Assembly: GCA_000165425.1 (NCBI GenBank)
Contig: CT868011.1
Coordinates: 1-64,000, forward strand
DNA: 64,000 nt
Source: Paramecium tetraurelia
Lineage: Eukaryota
Reading direction: 5' to 3'
Shown piece by piece: positions 13,900 to 26,779 of this stretch. The stretch's first letter is position 1. Every line of letters begins with the position of its first letter. The position numbers and the translations under genes were made by a program. The notes below the pieces were generated by a model that saw nothing but the letters and a program-made list of their open reading frames with translations, was not told where the DNA came from and did no database searches.

Positions 13900-14440
13900 T
13901 TGTAAAATCTATTTTTATCTTTGACCATCAGAAAAATCTTTCATGAGATAAAACACTGATCTCATCATGGTATTTTCTTTTGGGAAAATGAAGAGATTGT
14001 TCTTAAATAATTTTACCTAAATGGAACGATGGGGATTAATTACTGGTACAGAGTATTTTTTAGCTAAACTTGTGCATTAACATGAACATTTGATGATGAA
14101 TGAAATAGAGGATCAAAAAAAACATTAGAAATGTGGAGGTGAAGAATTTAAATAGCTTTCTATTAGCATTGAGTAAGATTAATGGCAAAAGACATAATTC
14201 TTTTGCAGAAAACTTTCAGTTGCAGAAGATGTTGCAAATATGATAAATTCATGCAAATCTCGTTTTCCAATTCCTATTTGATGATTAGGGCATCAATTAA
14301 GAAATTGGGCTCTTATAATTTAACTCTAAATAAACCAATAAATTTAAGTGGTAAATTTGTATAGTATAGAAGTATTTTCATATCTTGATCCAAAAATCCT
14401 TCTTCCACCTATGGCATCTTATATAAACTTCCTTATTTTT
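13900..14440 (-). pseudogene. Relic of a PPH-type N-terminal module like that of the DUF4215 family
   Basis: Minus-strand fragments AIGGRRIFGS and LNSSPPHFQCFF resemble the IFGGP/LPPHYK module at 1380-1460; stops and frameshifts present. Confidence 0.3.
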
Positions 14441-14712
14441 AATATAGAAATGCTAATTAGAATTCAAGTTTTTGTTTTAAATTAATAGATTTAATAGATA
14501 CCAAATGTATTAGGGAGATAACAGGAGATTAGAATTTCTACTTGAGTCTATTCACTCTAAATTCTACTTTGCAAATTTAGGCCATTATTGTAGCAATAGC
14601 TCCCTATGATAATTTTCCTTAAAAGCAAATCTATGTGAAAACAAGATCAAATGCTCTTAACATTTAAGCATAATATATTAATACAAATTATTATATTTAA
14701 ATATAGAAATTA

Positions 14713-15558
14713 ATGTTGAAAAAGTTTAAAATAGCATGTATTTAAAATGCAATTACTGCCACTAAAACCTAAACATTGGCGTTAGTTAAAGACTAAATCA
14801 AAGAAGCAGCAATTCAAGGAAGTAAAGTCTGCATTCTTGGAGAATGCTTTAATAGTTATTATGTAAAAGCGTAGCTTTAAAACAATGCTGAAGACTTCGG
14901 GAAAACTGGAGAAAGGTAAACACTTGATCTAATAAGCGAAATTTCAAAATAATTTGGAATAATGATTATTGGATCAATTCCTGAAAAAAGTGGAGATAAA
15001 ATGTACAATACAGCCTTTTGTTTCAACAATGGTTAGTTGTTAGTAACTTATCGAAAAACTCATTTATTTGATATAGATATTCCAGGAAAAATAACATATA
15101 AAGAATCTTTGACATTTTCAGCAGGTGATAATTATAAAATAGTTGATACAGAATACGGTAAATTCGGAATAGGAATATGCTATGATATTCGTTTTCCTGA
15201 ATTAGCTTAGATCATGAGAGAAAAAGGATGTCATTTTTTAGTTTATCCTGGATCATTTAATCTTACAACGGGCCCATTGCATTGGGAATTATTATTAAAA
15301 GCTAGAGCAGTTGATTATTAATGTTATGTTGCAGGAGTATCGTCAGCCCGATATATGGGAAATGATGAATCAATATACAAAGCTTGGGGCCATTCAACAT
15401 TGTTAGATCCTATGGCTAAAGTACTGGCCACATGCGAACATGATCCATCTGTAATTATCAGTGAGGTTGACTTAGATTATTTGGAATAGGTTAGATAATA
15501 AATTCCTGTATCTTAATAAAGAAGAAATGATATTTATGAATTAATTTGCAAGAAATGA
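14713..15558 (+). CDS. NIT2: Nitrilase-family omega-amidase (Nit2/Nit3-like)
   Basis: Intronless 281-aa ORF in ciliate code: ILGECFN (Glu), [20 protein letters not shown] (Lys), [14 protein letters not shown] (Cys), [18 protein letters not shown]. Ends in TGA. Confidence 0.93.
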
Positions 15559-16096
15559 TCAGTTATTATAAAATATAATGATAATTCTCACAAAATTTAA
15601 AAATTGCCAGATTACATGTATTTTGGAACTAATCATCTTAAGAATTAATTATAATATTAAATTTGTAAAACTGTTACAAATGAGCATAAATTTTGAGAAA
15701 ATAGAATGCAAAGAAGCAAAATTATATTTTATTGAATTTGATTTAAAATTTCAATGTTTATTTTCATTTTAGGTTTATTCTATGAAATACAAGTAATAAA
15801 ATTCTTTACGACTTTGAATCAAAATATGAAGATTTTTTTTGTTATTTTTGAAATCAGCTTCTGAAGGAAATGCTTAAATTCAACTATCAAGCTTCGAGCA
15901 TTCTTTATTTTATGTTATTTTGATCTTAAAACTTTTATAGATTGCTTTTTTGTTGTAATGTAGATTATTACTAAATATTGGGGTTCCTTGATTAATGCAT
16001 GAAGGAGCTTTTTCTTAAAATCATAAAGCTAATATATGTCTATTATTATTTTAGTTAAAAATTATCAAAAACTTAAGAGAAAATTAATATTGAGTT

Positions 16097-16757
16097 ATGG
16101 GATGTATATAATCAAGAGAGGGTAAATATAGTAGAGAGATTATTTATAAAAACACATCAATAATATTAGTGGAAGGAGTAATTGAGGAAATTAATTCTTA
16201 AGCTATTGGTATCTATGAAATTATAATAAGTAAACATCTCTATAAATCCGATGGTAAGCAAGTTAAGAGAATAAGTTTATAAATACATTTATAATCATGA
16301 TGAAACCTTTGATTTTTTTGAAGAGAGAGATATAATTTAATTAGAGCAACTAAGGAACTCAGTTTTCAAAAGTACAGAAACACTATTAAATTTTTCATTT
16401 GTATCTGGTTATGTAGCAACAAATCTAAATTAGATAAGTGAGGAGGATCTATTGAATACTTTTGAATAGATCCTTTAATTTGCAGACAGAACTTCCAGCC
16501 TTTATCAAATATGCTTTACTGATTATCTCATTTATGAAGTTGATGGAATTGACTACAAATCTTATGCCGATTGCTTAGTAAAATCTGTATTCAAGTAATT
16601 GTTTTATGATAATAGGTTTTTAACTTTAAACTCTGAGAGATAGATTGTTTCTGTTAAGTTTTTGTGTATGAATGCTAAAAATGTAATAGTTTTACTACTA
16701 TTCTAGTTAAATACAATGCTTCAAATGATGATGAAGTATGAAAATTATAAATTTTGA
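16097..16757 (+). CDS. Hypothetical protein with N-terminal MGC acylation motif
   Basis: Starts MGCIQSRE; open frame with tiny introns (for example 16683-16706); ends ...KYEIIKF-TGA. Confidence 0.55.
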
Positions 16758-16773
16758 ATATTATTAATAATTA

Positions 16774-17695
16774 TCAATCAATGTTTACATCTATTGGAGT
16801 GATGCCTACAAACTTCATGTGCCTAATCACTATTTTTGGATACCTTACCAAAAGGTATTATTACTTATACTAAGCCTTATAAATATTAAACCCCGTTATT
16901 TTTAAAATATAAAAGGTGAAGGTTTGGTTTATTCTATTTCGAAGAATTAATTTGGGATTATTTATTAAAAAAGAAGATTTGATAAAGCATCTACAATAAA
17001 TACGACAGTATTAATAGTATTTTCCCCACATCTCTATTATCAATCATTTTTATCACAAAAGCATCATACTTAAATTTTGTAAAACATATCAAATGATGTT
17101 TGCCTATTCAAGTTGAAATTTGATACTAAACAACTATTCTATTAATTCTTCTCTTTTTTATTTCCTTTAGTTATTTTCTCTAATAATTCTTTAGGGGTGT
17201 TCCGACGACAATCTCATTATTTATCTTCAATTCCTTTAAATAAATAACTTCATATGTTGTCTGTGATATTTCTTAAAATTTATCCCTTGATTTTCTTACC
17301 TCTAATGCATTGAAACAATATGTATATCAACAGTCACAATTTTATTGTTAAAATATTCTTTAAATTATCACCTTTACACAGCATTTTGAAATTCTTGGTA
17401 TAGGATTTTTATAACTTTGCAAACTTTACAGGTTTCCTTTTACCAGGGAAATTAATGATTATCTTTGCGCACACATCATCTCGTGGATCAATGTAATTTT
17501 TACTTGTATCTGGATTGTTAGGTTTGATTCAATAATTTGGTTTAATTTCAATCCATAATAAATCAATGTATTTAGGAGGTTATTCAAAAATTTATTAATA
17601 TTTTTGAAGATCAAAGGCATGACTACTTTATTTTGATTTTCTTCATTAAACCTTGCTTTAGAGATCTCATTCCTGAAAAAAGTAAAATTAGACAT
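16774..17695 (-). CDS. Hypothetical protein
   Basis: Starts MSNFTFFRNEISKARF and ends ...KFVGITPIDVNID-TGA; internal introns not fully resolved. Confidence 0.5.
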
Positions 17696-17721
17696 AATTT
17701 GAATTATATTATTTTATTAAG

Positions 17722-20259
17722 ATGTTAGTAACAATGAAAGGACGTAAGAGTTCTGCATCTAAATTCGATAGAAAAGAGTTTGATTAGAGAACATTAAGTG
17801 CTGCAGTGAATTTGATCGTTTATGGGTGTCATGTTCAAAAATATAATAAATCGAATAGAAAACCGATATCTAGATTATATTATTTATATGAGGAGGACAT
17901 GGATTATTTATAATACTTACATGCAGGCAGACCATTTACACAATGTAGAATACCATTGTTAGATATCATCGAATTAAGAGAAATTCCAACAACAGAGTCA
18001 TTCTAAAATTTACCTTATCAAAGAACTCTTTAAATAACATTTGCGAGCAAAAAGCATACAATTTTATTTAACACAAAGAATGAAAGGGATCTATTTTGGC
18101 AAGGCTTATAATATTTTATTGATGTGGCAGAACATAATTTGATTCGAGATATAAAAAGCACGAATGATAATCAAATAGTTGAATAAATCACCTTAAAATA
18201 AATTAAAGGAATGCTACCATAATTGTCAATCACAAAATAAGAAGTAATATATCTAAAATCTATTTGCAGCTTAAAAGCCTCTTTAATCAATACGATTTGG
18301 AAAGAAGAGGATTCATTTCCAGCTCTGATTATCAAGATTTGCTCAAAAGATTGATGAATCAGGATTTCGTGCGATTTATATTCGATAAATATGCAGTGTA
18401 ATAAATGAACAAATAAGAATTTATTAAATTCTTAACAAATGAATAATCTCCAAATCAAAAGCAATGTGAAGACGCATTTAGATTGTTCGCCAAATAAGAT
18501 GGAAACAACTATTCGTTATCTTTCTTAGAATTCTTAAATTATCTTCTAAGCACTTACAATTAATTGTTTGATTATCAAAAAACATAAATCTATTAATCTG
18601 AGGATTATCCTTTGACTGATTACTGGATAAACTCTTCTCATAATACTTATCTAATGGGTGATTAATTGACAAGTGAAAGCTCCATTCAAGCTTACATAAA
18701 TGCCTTTCAAAAGGGTTGTCGATGTGTAGAGTTAGATTGTTGGGATGGAGATAATAATCAACCAATCATTTATCATGGATTCACAATGACTTCAAGAATA
18801 TCATTTGAATCTGTCATTCAAACCATCAAGGAATATGGATTTAAATATTCTAAATACCCATTGATTCTCTCCCTCGAAGTCCATTGTTGTGTTAAGCAGT
18901 AGGATGTTATGGCAGATATTTTAAAAACCTATTTAAATGAAAATCTCTTACTTTTACCAGATGATTATAAGTCTTCTGAATACTATCCAAAGCTAAATAA
19001 GCTATATTACAAAGTAATCATAAAGCATCGAGGCAAGATGAAATCGAGTTTACAATATCGAGAAAGATTCATATCTATATCTCCAATTAATATATTTTAG
19101 CCCAATTTTGAAGAATCTGAAAGTCCTGACATTCTTAAAAGACCAAGCCTATCAATATAGGGTGATTAATAATAATTAAATACTCCAACCACTCTGAAAC
19201 CAAGATCTTAAAAGTCATTCAAGAGACAAGATCATGGATTACCTATGCTCTAACTTAGAAACACTATTAATCCGTTTTAGATAGATGAGGAGATGAAGCC
19301 GAATAAAGTAATACACAAGACTAAAACAGAGACTACACTAAGACCTAAATACAAGATCTCAAATATTGAAACTTAGTTTTAATTTGATGCACCTAATCCA
19401 AGATGTTAAATTGTGCAATTACCGTTAAAGGTGGATTCTGATGAAGACATATCTATTGACAAAGCGAAAAAAGAGAAAGCTGAAAGTCTCAAGATGAGTT
19501 CAATAACAGCATTATTTGGCGCTGCAATTAAATAACAAAATAGAACTGTTTGGGAAATCTCTTCTTTGGATGAAAGTAAAGTCAATGAAAACTTGCTTGA
19601 TTTTCATAGAAGATACTTCACTAGAATATATCCATCTGGGTCTCGAGTAGATTCAAGCAATTATGATCCTATTCCAGCATTTAATAGTGGATCATAAATA
19701 GTGGCACTCAATTTTCAGACCAATGATATGCCTATGTTGCTCAATATGTGTAAATTTATGGAAAATGGTGGGATTGAATCTGGATATGTGTTAAAGCCAT
19801 AATGGATGAGATCAGATGGGAAAAAGAAGATTGGTGAGTTTAGTTCCACTCAATTATCCTTCACTCTTAGTTTATTGGTTGGTTATAATCTTAGATAATT
19901 AAATGTATTATAATTCTGTTTATTAAAAGAATTAAAACGCAAAGGTTAACCCTTAAATTAAGATTTCAATACGAGGTCTGTTATAGGATGAATAAAATAA
20001 CAAACCGCAGATTGCAACCATCTCATAAAGTGGATTAAATCCTTAATTTAATTTTATCTATAAATACAATATAAAATGCCCAGACTTGGCATTTTTGATA
20101 TTTGAGGTACTCGATGCCAGCAAAAACTTCTTAGGATGGAGTGCCATACCTCTCTCGTGCATGTCTTTTGGCTATAGGGCTGTTTAACTACTGAGTCAAT
20201 ACTTAAAGCCTTTGCCAAAGAGTTGCCTCCTTGTTCATGTTCAAAAAAACACTGACTGA
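17722..20259 (+). CDS. PLC: Phosphoinositide-specific phospholipase C (PH-EF-X-Y-C2)
   Basis: X box [48 protein letters not shown] box [34 protein letters not shown]2 domain ending [20 protein letters not shown]. Start is 17722 or the in-frame ATG at 17734. Confidence 0.95.
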
Positions 20260-20276
20260 AAACTTTTATAATTAAT

Positions 20277-21237
20277 ATGTTTAATAATATTAAGAGAAAC
20301 TTGACTATCTTTAACAAAGACATCGTGGAAACATCTTGGCTGAAAAGCCTGATTGATGATGTTCCTAAGGCGAAACACATTTAAGTAGTGTTTATATGTT
20401 AATATTCCATAGATACTTCATAAATGTCTCTCAGGAGAATACACTAATGTTGATCCCAAGGCAGCACTTCGAAAGATTTCACAAAGATTGCAACATTCTC
20501 AAAAACCATTAAATGCCCTCAAATCTCTATATTTGGCACACCTATTAAACAAGTTTTTGATAACTTAATTGACAGATAAAATAATTGACCAATAGTCCAA
20601 AGATCCAGCTGAGGTCCTTATGGCTTCAGTTGCACATTTATATTATTCTTACCTTAAATAATAAAAAAATGCTTTTGACAAGATCGACAGCATTTTTAAA
20701 ATGAATAGATAACTTGAAGTTTTAATGATAAAAACCAATATTCCGATATTAAAAGAAATAATCACTCTCCTTATAATTGACATAATAACAATATATGAAT
20801 CTATTGACATTAAGGAAGACTATGAAAAGAGAATTAGAGCAATGAAGCAAGTTAGAAGATTTGTTGATTTAAAAGGATATTTATAAATGAATTAAGAATT
20901 ATAAAATAAACTGAAAACCCTTAATTTCTCAGATATCAAGCAACAAAAATGCATTGAAAGTAAAATTTGTAAGACTATTCCAATCTCATAAGAAAATGAA
21001 ACTCATCAATTAGAAATCAGTAGAAAACAACTCTCAATCTAAGTCAATGAAAGTACATAATTTGAAACTTATAATTCATGCCAAGTCTATCCATAGGAAA
21101 GAAAAATGAGTCTATAAACTGGAACAATCATTAACCAAAAAGGGATTGTTTAATCAAATACAACCAGAGCTTCATCTATTAGAGATAATTTCTTTGTCCC
21201 TAAATAAGGACCATTATCTTTTTTGATTCCAAGCTGA
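20277..21237 (+). CDS. ANTH/ENTH-like domain protein
   Basis: DDVPKAKHIQ|ILHKC..ALRKISQRLQ..NALKSLYLAHLL resembles the ANTH PKxKH and ALKxLxxxHxL motifs; one tiny intron near 20385-20412. Confidence 0.6.
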
Positions 21238-21329
21238 ATATATATATAATATTATAAACTATATAAGCTTAACATGTCATTTTAAAAAAAAGAAGTCAAG
21301 CCAATAATTTGTAAATTAAATCATTAATA

Positions 21330-22747
21330 ATGTTAATTTATTGTACATTGTTTTCTATAGTAATTCTTTCTTGTCTCATATTCTACAAAAGATTTACTCT
21401 CTCAAAGAAAAGAGCATAAAGAAAGCAATAAGAGTATTTTGAGACTGGACTCTCCAAATAAACAGTGGCATTTCTGCATCCCCATTGTAATGCAGGAGGA
21501 GGAGGGGAGAAGGTTTTAATGTGCATGATCGAAAAATTGTAAAAAACATAAAAACACAACATCGTTGTATATTCTGCAGAAGAAGTTGATGATTAATAAA
21601 TTATAGAAAAAGCCAATACAAGATTCAGCACACATATAACTAATCAGGATCTTAAATTTATTCCTATCCTAAATAAATAGCTGCTTGAGCCTAAGAAGAG
21701 GTTCACTTTGTTATTGTAGATTTTTGGGCAAATGAGATATGCTTTGAAATGCGTTAATAGTTTCTAACCAGATATATTTTTGGATTCGACAGGATTGCCA
21801 TTTACATTTTTTATTGTTAAACTCCTATTGCCTAATGTAAGAGTGATCGCCTATGTTCATTATCCATTTATCAGTACAGATATGATATCCCAGGTGGAGA
21901 AGAAAGAAGCAAGATACAATAATGATGATGAAATAACAAAATCGGAAGGGAAAACAAAGTTAAAGTTATGGTATTATAAATTTCTATTCTTCTTTTACTC
22001 CCTCTGTGGGAAGATGACAGAATTTGCATATGTGAATTCAACTTGGACATATAACCATATGAAATAGACATGGAAATCCACTTAATTAATCAAATTATTC
22101 CCACCATGTTAAGTAGATGCATTTATGAGGAGAAAACAATTTACAAACTAATTCATTATTATTTCATTTGCGTAGTTCAGACCAGAGAAACAACATCTAT
22201 TGTAGATTGAGATCATTGAAGCCTTAGTTGACAGATTACCTTCTGAAATTTCACAATCTATAAAATTATATATGATTGGATCTTGCAGGAATGCAGATGA
22301 TGATCTATTATTTGAAACCATCTAGGATACGATAAACAAAAAGAATCTTCAAGTATTATCTTTATTATATGTAGGATTATATTAGTATGCATAAGAATTT
22401 GCCCTTTCAAGATATTCAAAAGTTTCTGACTTCTGGAATGATAGGTTTACACACTATGGAATATGAGCATTTTGGAATTACTTTAGTGGAAATGCTAGCT
22501 GCTGGACTTATTGTGGTAGCCCATAATTCCGCAGGACCTAAATTAGACATTTTGGCTAATGATGTTGGATTTTTGTGTGAAAATCTTGAAGATTATGTGT
22601 TGTCTATTGTAAGAATTATGCAATTAACAGAGTAATATAAATTTATTAATATTCATTAGTGAAGATAGAAGCAGATATCAATTGATGGGTAGAAAATAAG
22701 CAGTTAATTTTAGCGACGAGTCATTTAAGGATTTATTTAATATTTGA
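21330..22747 (+). CDS. ALG11: GDP-Man:Man3GlcNAc2-PP-Dol alpha-1,2-mannosyltransferase
   Basis: N-terminal TM; VAFLHPHCNAGGGGEKVL, AYVHYPFISTDM, VNSTWTYNH, FAQFRPEKQH, IGSCRNADD, GLHTMEYEHFGITLVEMLAAG..HNSAGP; two tiny introns. Confidence 0.95.
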
Positions 22748-22777
22748 TTATTATAATATTTTCTATAAAAAACTAAA

Positions 22778-23549
22778 ATGATGATTGCTGAGGATTTTGA
22801 TAGTGAAGTTTATGATACTTCACTAGATAAGTTTAAAACTTATGAGGAATACTTAGATTCTCACATCACAAAGGAAGATCTATTCTATTTAGAGGATATC
22901 GAATTAGCCAGATAATTGAAAGAATAGGGATATCATGCGAAGACAGAGATTTTAAGTCGCGAGCAATTTGAGGCCAAGAAAAAGGCGGTGGAAGAAGCTA
23001 GACTTAACTAGAATAAAGACAAAACTAAGGCACTTGCACATACAGAAGTTAGCGATCCATCTATTATTGAGAAATCTCCATTCTTGAGAGCATTAGCTGA
23101 ACGGTAATATTTATTGTTAATTTATAGAGAGTTAAAAGTCTTGAATGGAAAATTACTTACAATTATTTTTATAAGATTAGAATCTGCTAATTGCGAGGTA
23201 AGCGGTTACATTGATTATGCACATCGTTTGAAAACTGAAGATTTTAAAATATATTTTGAAGGGAAAAAAAAATTACAACCTAGACCAACAGATCTATCAT
23301 ATTACAACTGGAGAACTGGATAGTGCGTTTCAAATGATTCTCCCAATTTTAAAGTGGATGCAAATTCTGGTCAACAAGGATTGCTTTTTAGAAACAAAAG
23401 AGATAGAAAAGTAAGAGTAACTAATTTATATAAAGGTCATTAATGTTGATCCAAACAAAAAACCAGAAGATGGAATGACAAGAACTGAAATAGAATCTCC
23501 AGAAGCAATCCAAATTGTCTTGTATGACTATTATACAAGAAAGAAATGA
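22778..23549 (+). CDS. CFAP299: Cilia- and flagella-associated protein 299 (DUF4464)
   Basis: [85 protein letters not shown]; two tiny introns. Confidence 0.9.
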
Positions 23550-23856
23550 AAGCTTTATTATTTATTTTTATATTATTAATATTGTTTAGTATCGACAAGT
23601 TGTTAATTTAGCCAAATCTGTGCGAGGCATTTAATTAGAAACAAATCTTATAAGCATTCAAGTTAGAAAATTAATTGGGTTTTTCTTATAAGATTTAAAA
23701 ATCAAATGAAAATTAAGATTTCAAAAATTACTTTTCTTTCTTTGACCATCTTTGTTTAAAATGTAATAATCTAAAGGTGGACCACACTTTTAATTTAAAT
23801 CCTCTTTCCCTTTTTTATTTTTCTTATCATATTAAAAAGAGTTAGCTCTAGAAAAA

Positions 23857-26760
23857 ATGAATTCAGAATTGGGATCCATCACAGAACGTGCTCCTTTAAA
23901 AACATAGCCAACTCTCCCAAAATAACAACTAAGACCAGCATTCTTAAAGACAGTTAATTTGAAAACAATACAAACCAATAGAATGAACTCATTTCCAAAT
24001 AAAATCTGGAGAGATCGAGCACTCTTGGTACTCATGCAAGTACTTCGCTTTATATCACTTATTACACGTAGTCCCTTTGCTTCGAAATTCTCTTTATTGG
24101 ATAGGAATATGTTTAGGATAATTGGAGATAAAGCAGCTGATTTCAATTATTACTTACTTAATGATTACTTTAAATATATGGTAATATATCAACCTTATAA
24201 AGAAACCCCAATAATCATCCCGTGTGAAATATTTCTTATTACAACATCTGTATAAGATTTGTTACATGAAAGGATTCATGGATTATTTGACTACTATCAG
24301 GTTCACATTTGAACCAGAATCAATTTTCCTACTGTTGTGGAACATTCTCATGCTAGTAAATATCAATTTAAATGTACTGTATATAACAGTTAAATTTTCT
24401 TTTGATTTTGAAAACTACCCACCAGAAGATTATGAGTTTTGCGAAATTTATCTATTTAGAATCCCCTATTTTTTGTATTTAATCGATATAATAATTAAAC
24501 TTAACACATGCTATTATGAAGCAGGCTATTTAGTGAGAGATAGGAATAAGATTTGGTACAACTTTTACAAGAACAGTATATTTCAACTTTAAAACTTTTA
24601 GACTTTATTAATAATTTATTTATTTTAGTACCAACTGCAATTTACTTTCTAGCCTTCTAAAATTCCGCTCTTTATTTATTTATGTTATTGAAGGCTTTGT
24701 AAATACCAACCATTACAGAATCAATAATCGACAGAGTGGAGCTGAAAACTAATTATTGGATCATTTATGATTTGATTCGTCTAATTTACGTAATACTCTA
24801 CGAGTCTCACATATGTTGTTGTGGATTATTTTACGTAGGACTTTTAAATAAGGAAGCTTCTTGGTTATTATCAAATGGCCTAGTCAATGAGACTTGGATA
24901 ATTAAATACGTAAGTAAATAAGTTATGCTAGCTCAGTACATTTTATTGGAGCATAATAACAATGACAACTATTGGTTATGGTGATATTGCCCCTTAGAAT
25001 ATTTTAGAGAAGACTTTTCTAATATTTGTTGCAATTTTTTCTTGTTGCACATTTGGTTATTCAATAAATTGTATTGGCTAATCAATTGGGCAGTTGTAAT
25101 CAAAGAATCACTAAATCAGGGTTGATATGAATGATCTTAAACAGTATCTAAGAATTAGAGGATATAATACTAAATTGCAAATAAAGATTTTAAGATTTTT
25201 TGAATACTTGTGGAAGGATTAAAGAAATGAAAATTAATTAGATATCAACAAGTTCAATTAATAATTACCATCTCATTTACATAATGTAAGATAAATAATA
25301 TTATAGGAAATGATGATAGATCTAAATATGAAAAGTATATCCAAGATTCCTTTTTTTAAAGAGAATTTTAATGAAGATTTCATATCTGCCTTAGCATCAA
25401 AATTTATTGAAGAGAAGCTGGTTCCATTTAATACAATATTTTCTAAAAATGACCCTAGCAATTTTTTATACATTTTATGTGATGGTGAAATTGAATACTT
25501 TGTAGAAATTCCAGAAGGATCCGCTACTATGTTAAGTATTCAGACAATATCTGGATATGATGAAATATTTGGATAGCAAGAGTTCCTCTTAGATTAAAAC
25601 TATGAAGTAAGTTGTAGATCAACTACATCATCAAGAATTTTGAAAATATCAAAGGCGGATTTTAATTTAATAGCCAAAAAGTTTGGATATGTATATTACT
25701 TTCTTAAATTTAGGAAAAATATTGCTAATTGAAAGATTTAGTCAAATTCTCTGGTCGGTTCGATGAGTTCCATCTGCATTGTGTTGGTTGCAATAAATCA
25801 ACACATATGTTATACTAATGTCCAATGCTAACAGGTTTCCCGAATAAAACCAAAATAATTATTCAATATCGCAAAAACCAAGCATAAGAAAGGGATTATA
25901 TCAAGAGGAATAATCTAAAAAGAAGATTGTCATCACTCATTTTTGAAGCACAAATCTCTGATACCGTACTCTACTATCTTTTAAAAGACCCTAAACTATC
26001 ATAATAAATCAGTTCATAATATTAAATTTAAACCCTAAAGTAGTAGTAATTATAAAAGGAGCTATAAAATTATAATAATGATAACCGTACATAAAAGCAA
26101 GCAAAGGATGAAGTAAGATCAACAATCAGAAAGCAATCGGTCTTGAAAATTAAAGGCAGAAAGCAATCCTAATATATTAAAAGGTTACCTGATTTTCTGA
26201 ATTGTCAGTACATCAACTTTAAATCAATGCCTGAAGATAAAATTAAAACAGGGGTAGACAACATATCTAAAAATATTTCGGCAGAGCATTCAGAGGCTCA
26301 AAGTTCTGAAATATTTCATATGAAATTGAAAAATCAAGAGGAAACCAACATTCTTGAGTAACGTAGAATTTCTGCTGATTTAGCAAAGTCTTTGTCTTTC
26401 AAACTAATTAATCACACATCGTTGGATTAAGATTTAAGAAAATCTGACGCTGATAGTATTAAGGAAAATTCTTCTCTTTCTTAAGCAAGTAGCCAATCCC
26501 CTACAAAATAGTCGAAGGATGTTAGTCCTGGGATTGATTAAATCACACAATGCTATATGGGTACATACAAAGACATTTTTGAGAAGTTCGATAAATTCCA
26601 GGATTATTAAAATTACATGACGCATATGAATTCTTCTAAGATTCTGGAACAACTCAATCTATTCAAAGAGACACAGAACTTTACTGACTTTATGAATGTG
26701 AACTTCGTTAGAAAGCGTAGATCAAAGAGGAATAAGTTGGTTATCAAACTTGATTATTGA
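23857..26760 (+). CDS. K+ channel with cyclic-nucleotide-binding homology domain (KCNH/CNG-like, ciliate-expanded family)
   Basis: TM segments, pore FYWSIITMTTIGYGDIAP, S6 FSCCTFGYSINCIG, C-linker and CNBD (IPFF..LYILCDGEIEY..EIFG), then a CCHC knuckle and a low-complexity tail; several tiny introns. Confidence 0.9.
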
Positions 26761-26779
26761 AATTTTTATTAAATTATTT

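Noticed and set aside
17722..21237. PLC next to an ANTH-like gene as a phosphoinositide gene cluster
   Set aside because: Adjacency alone is not evidence of functional linkage in such a compact genome.
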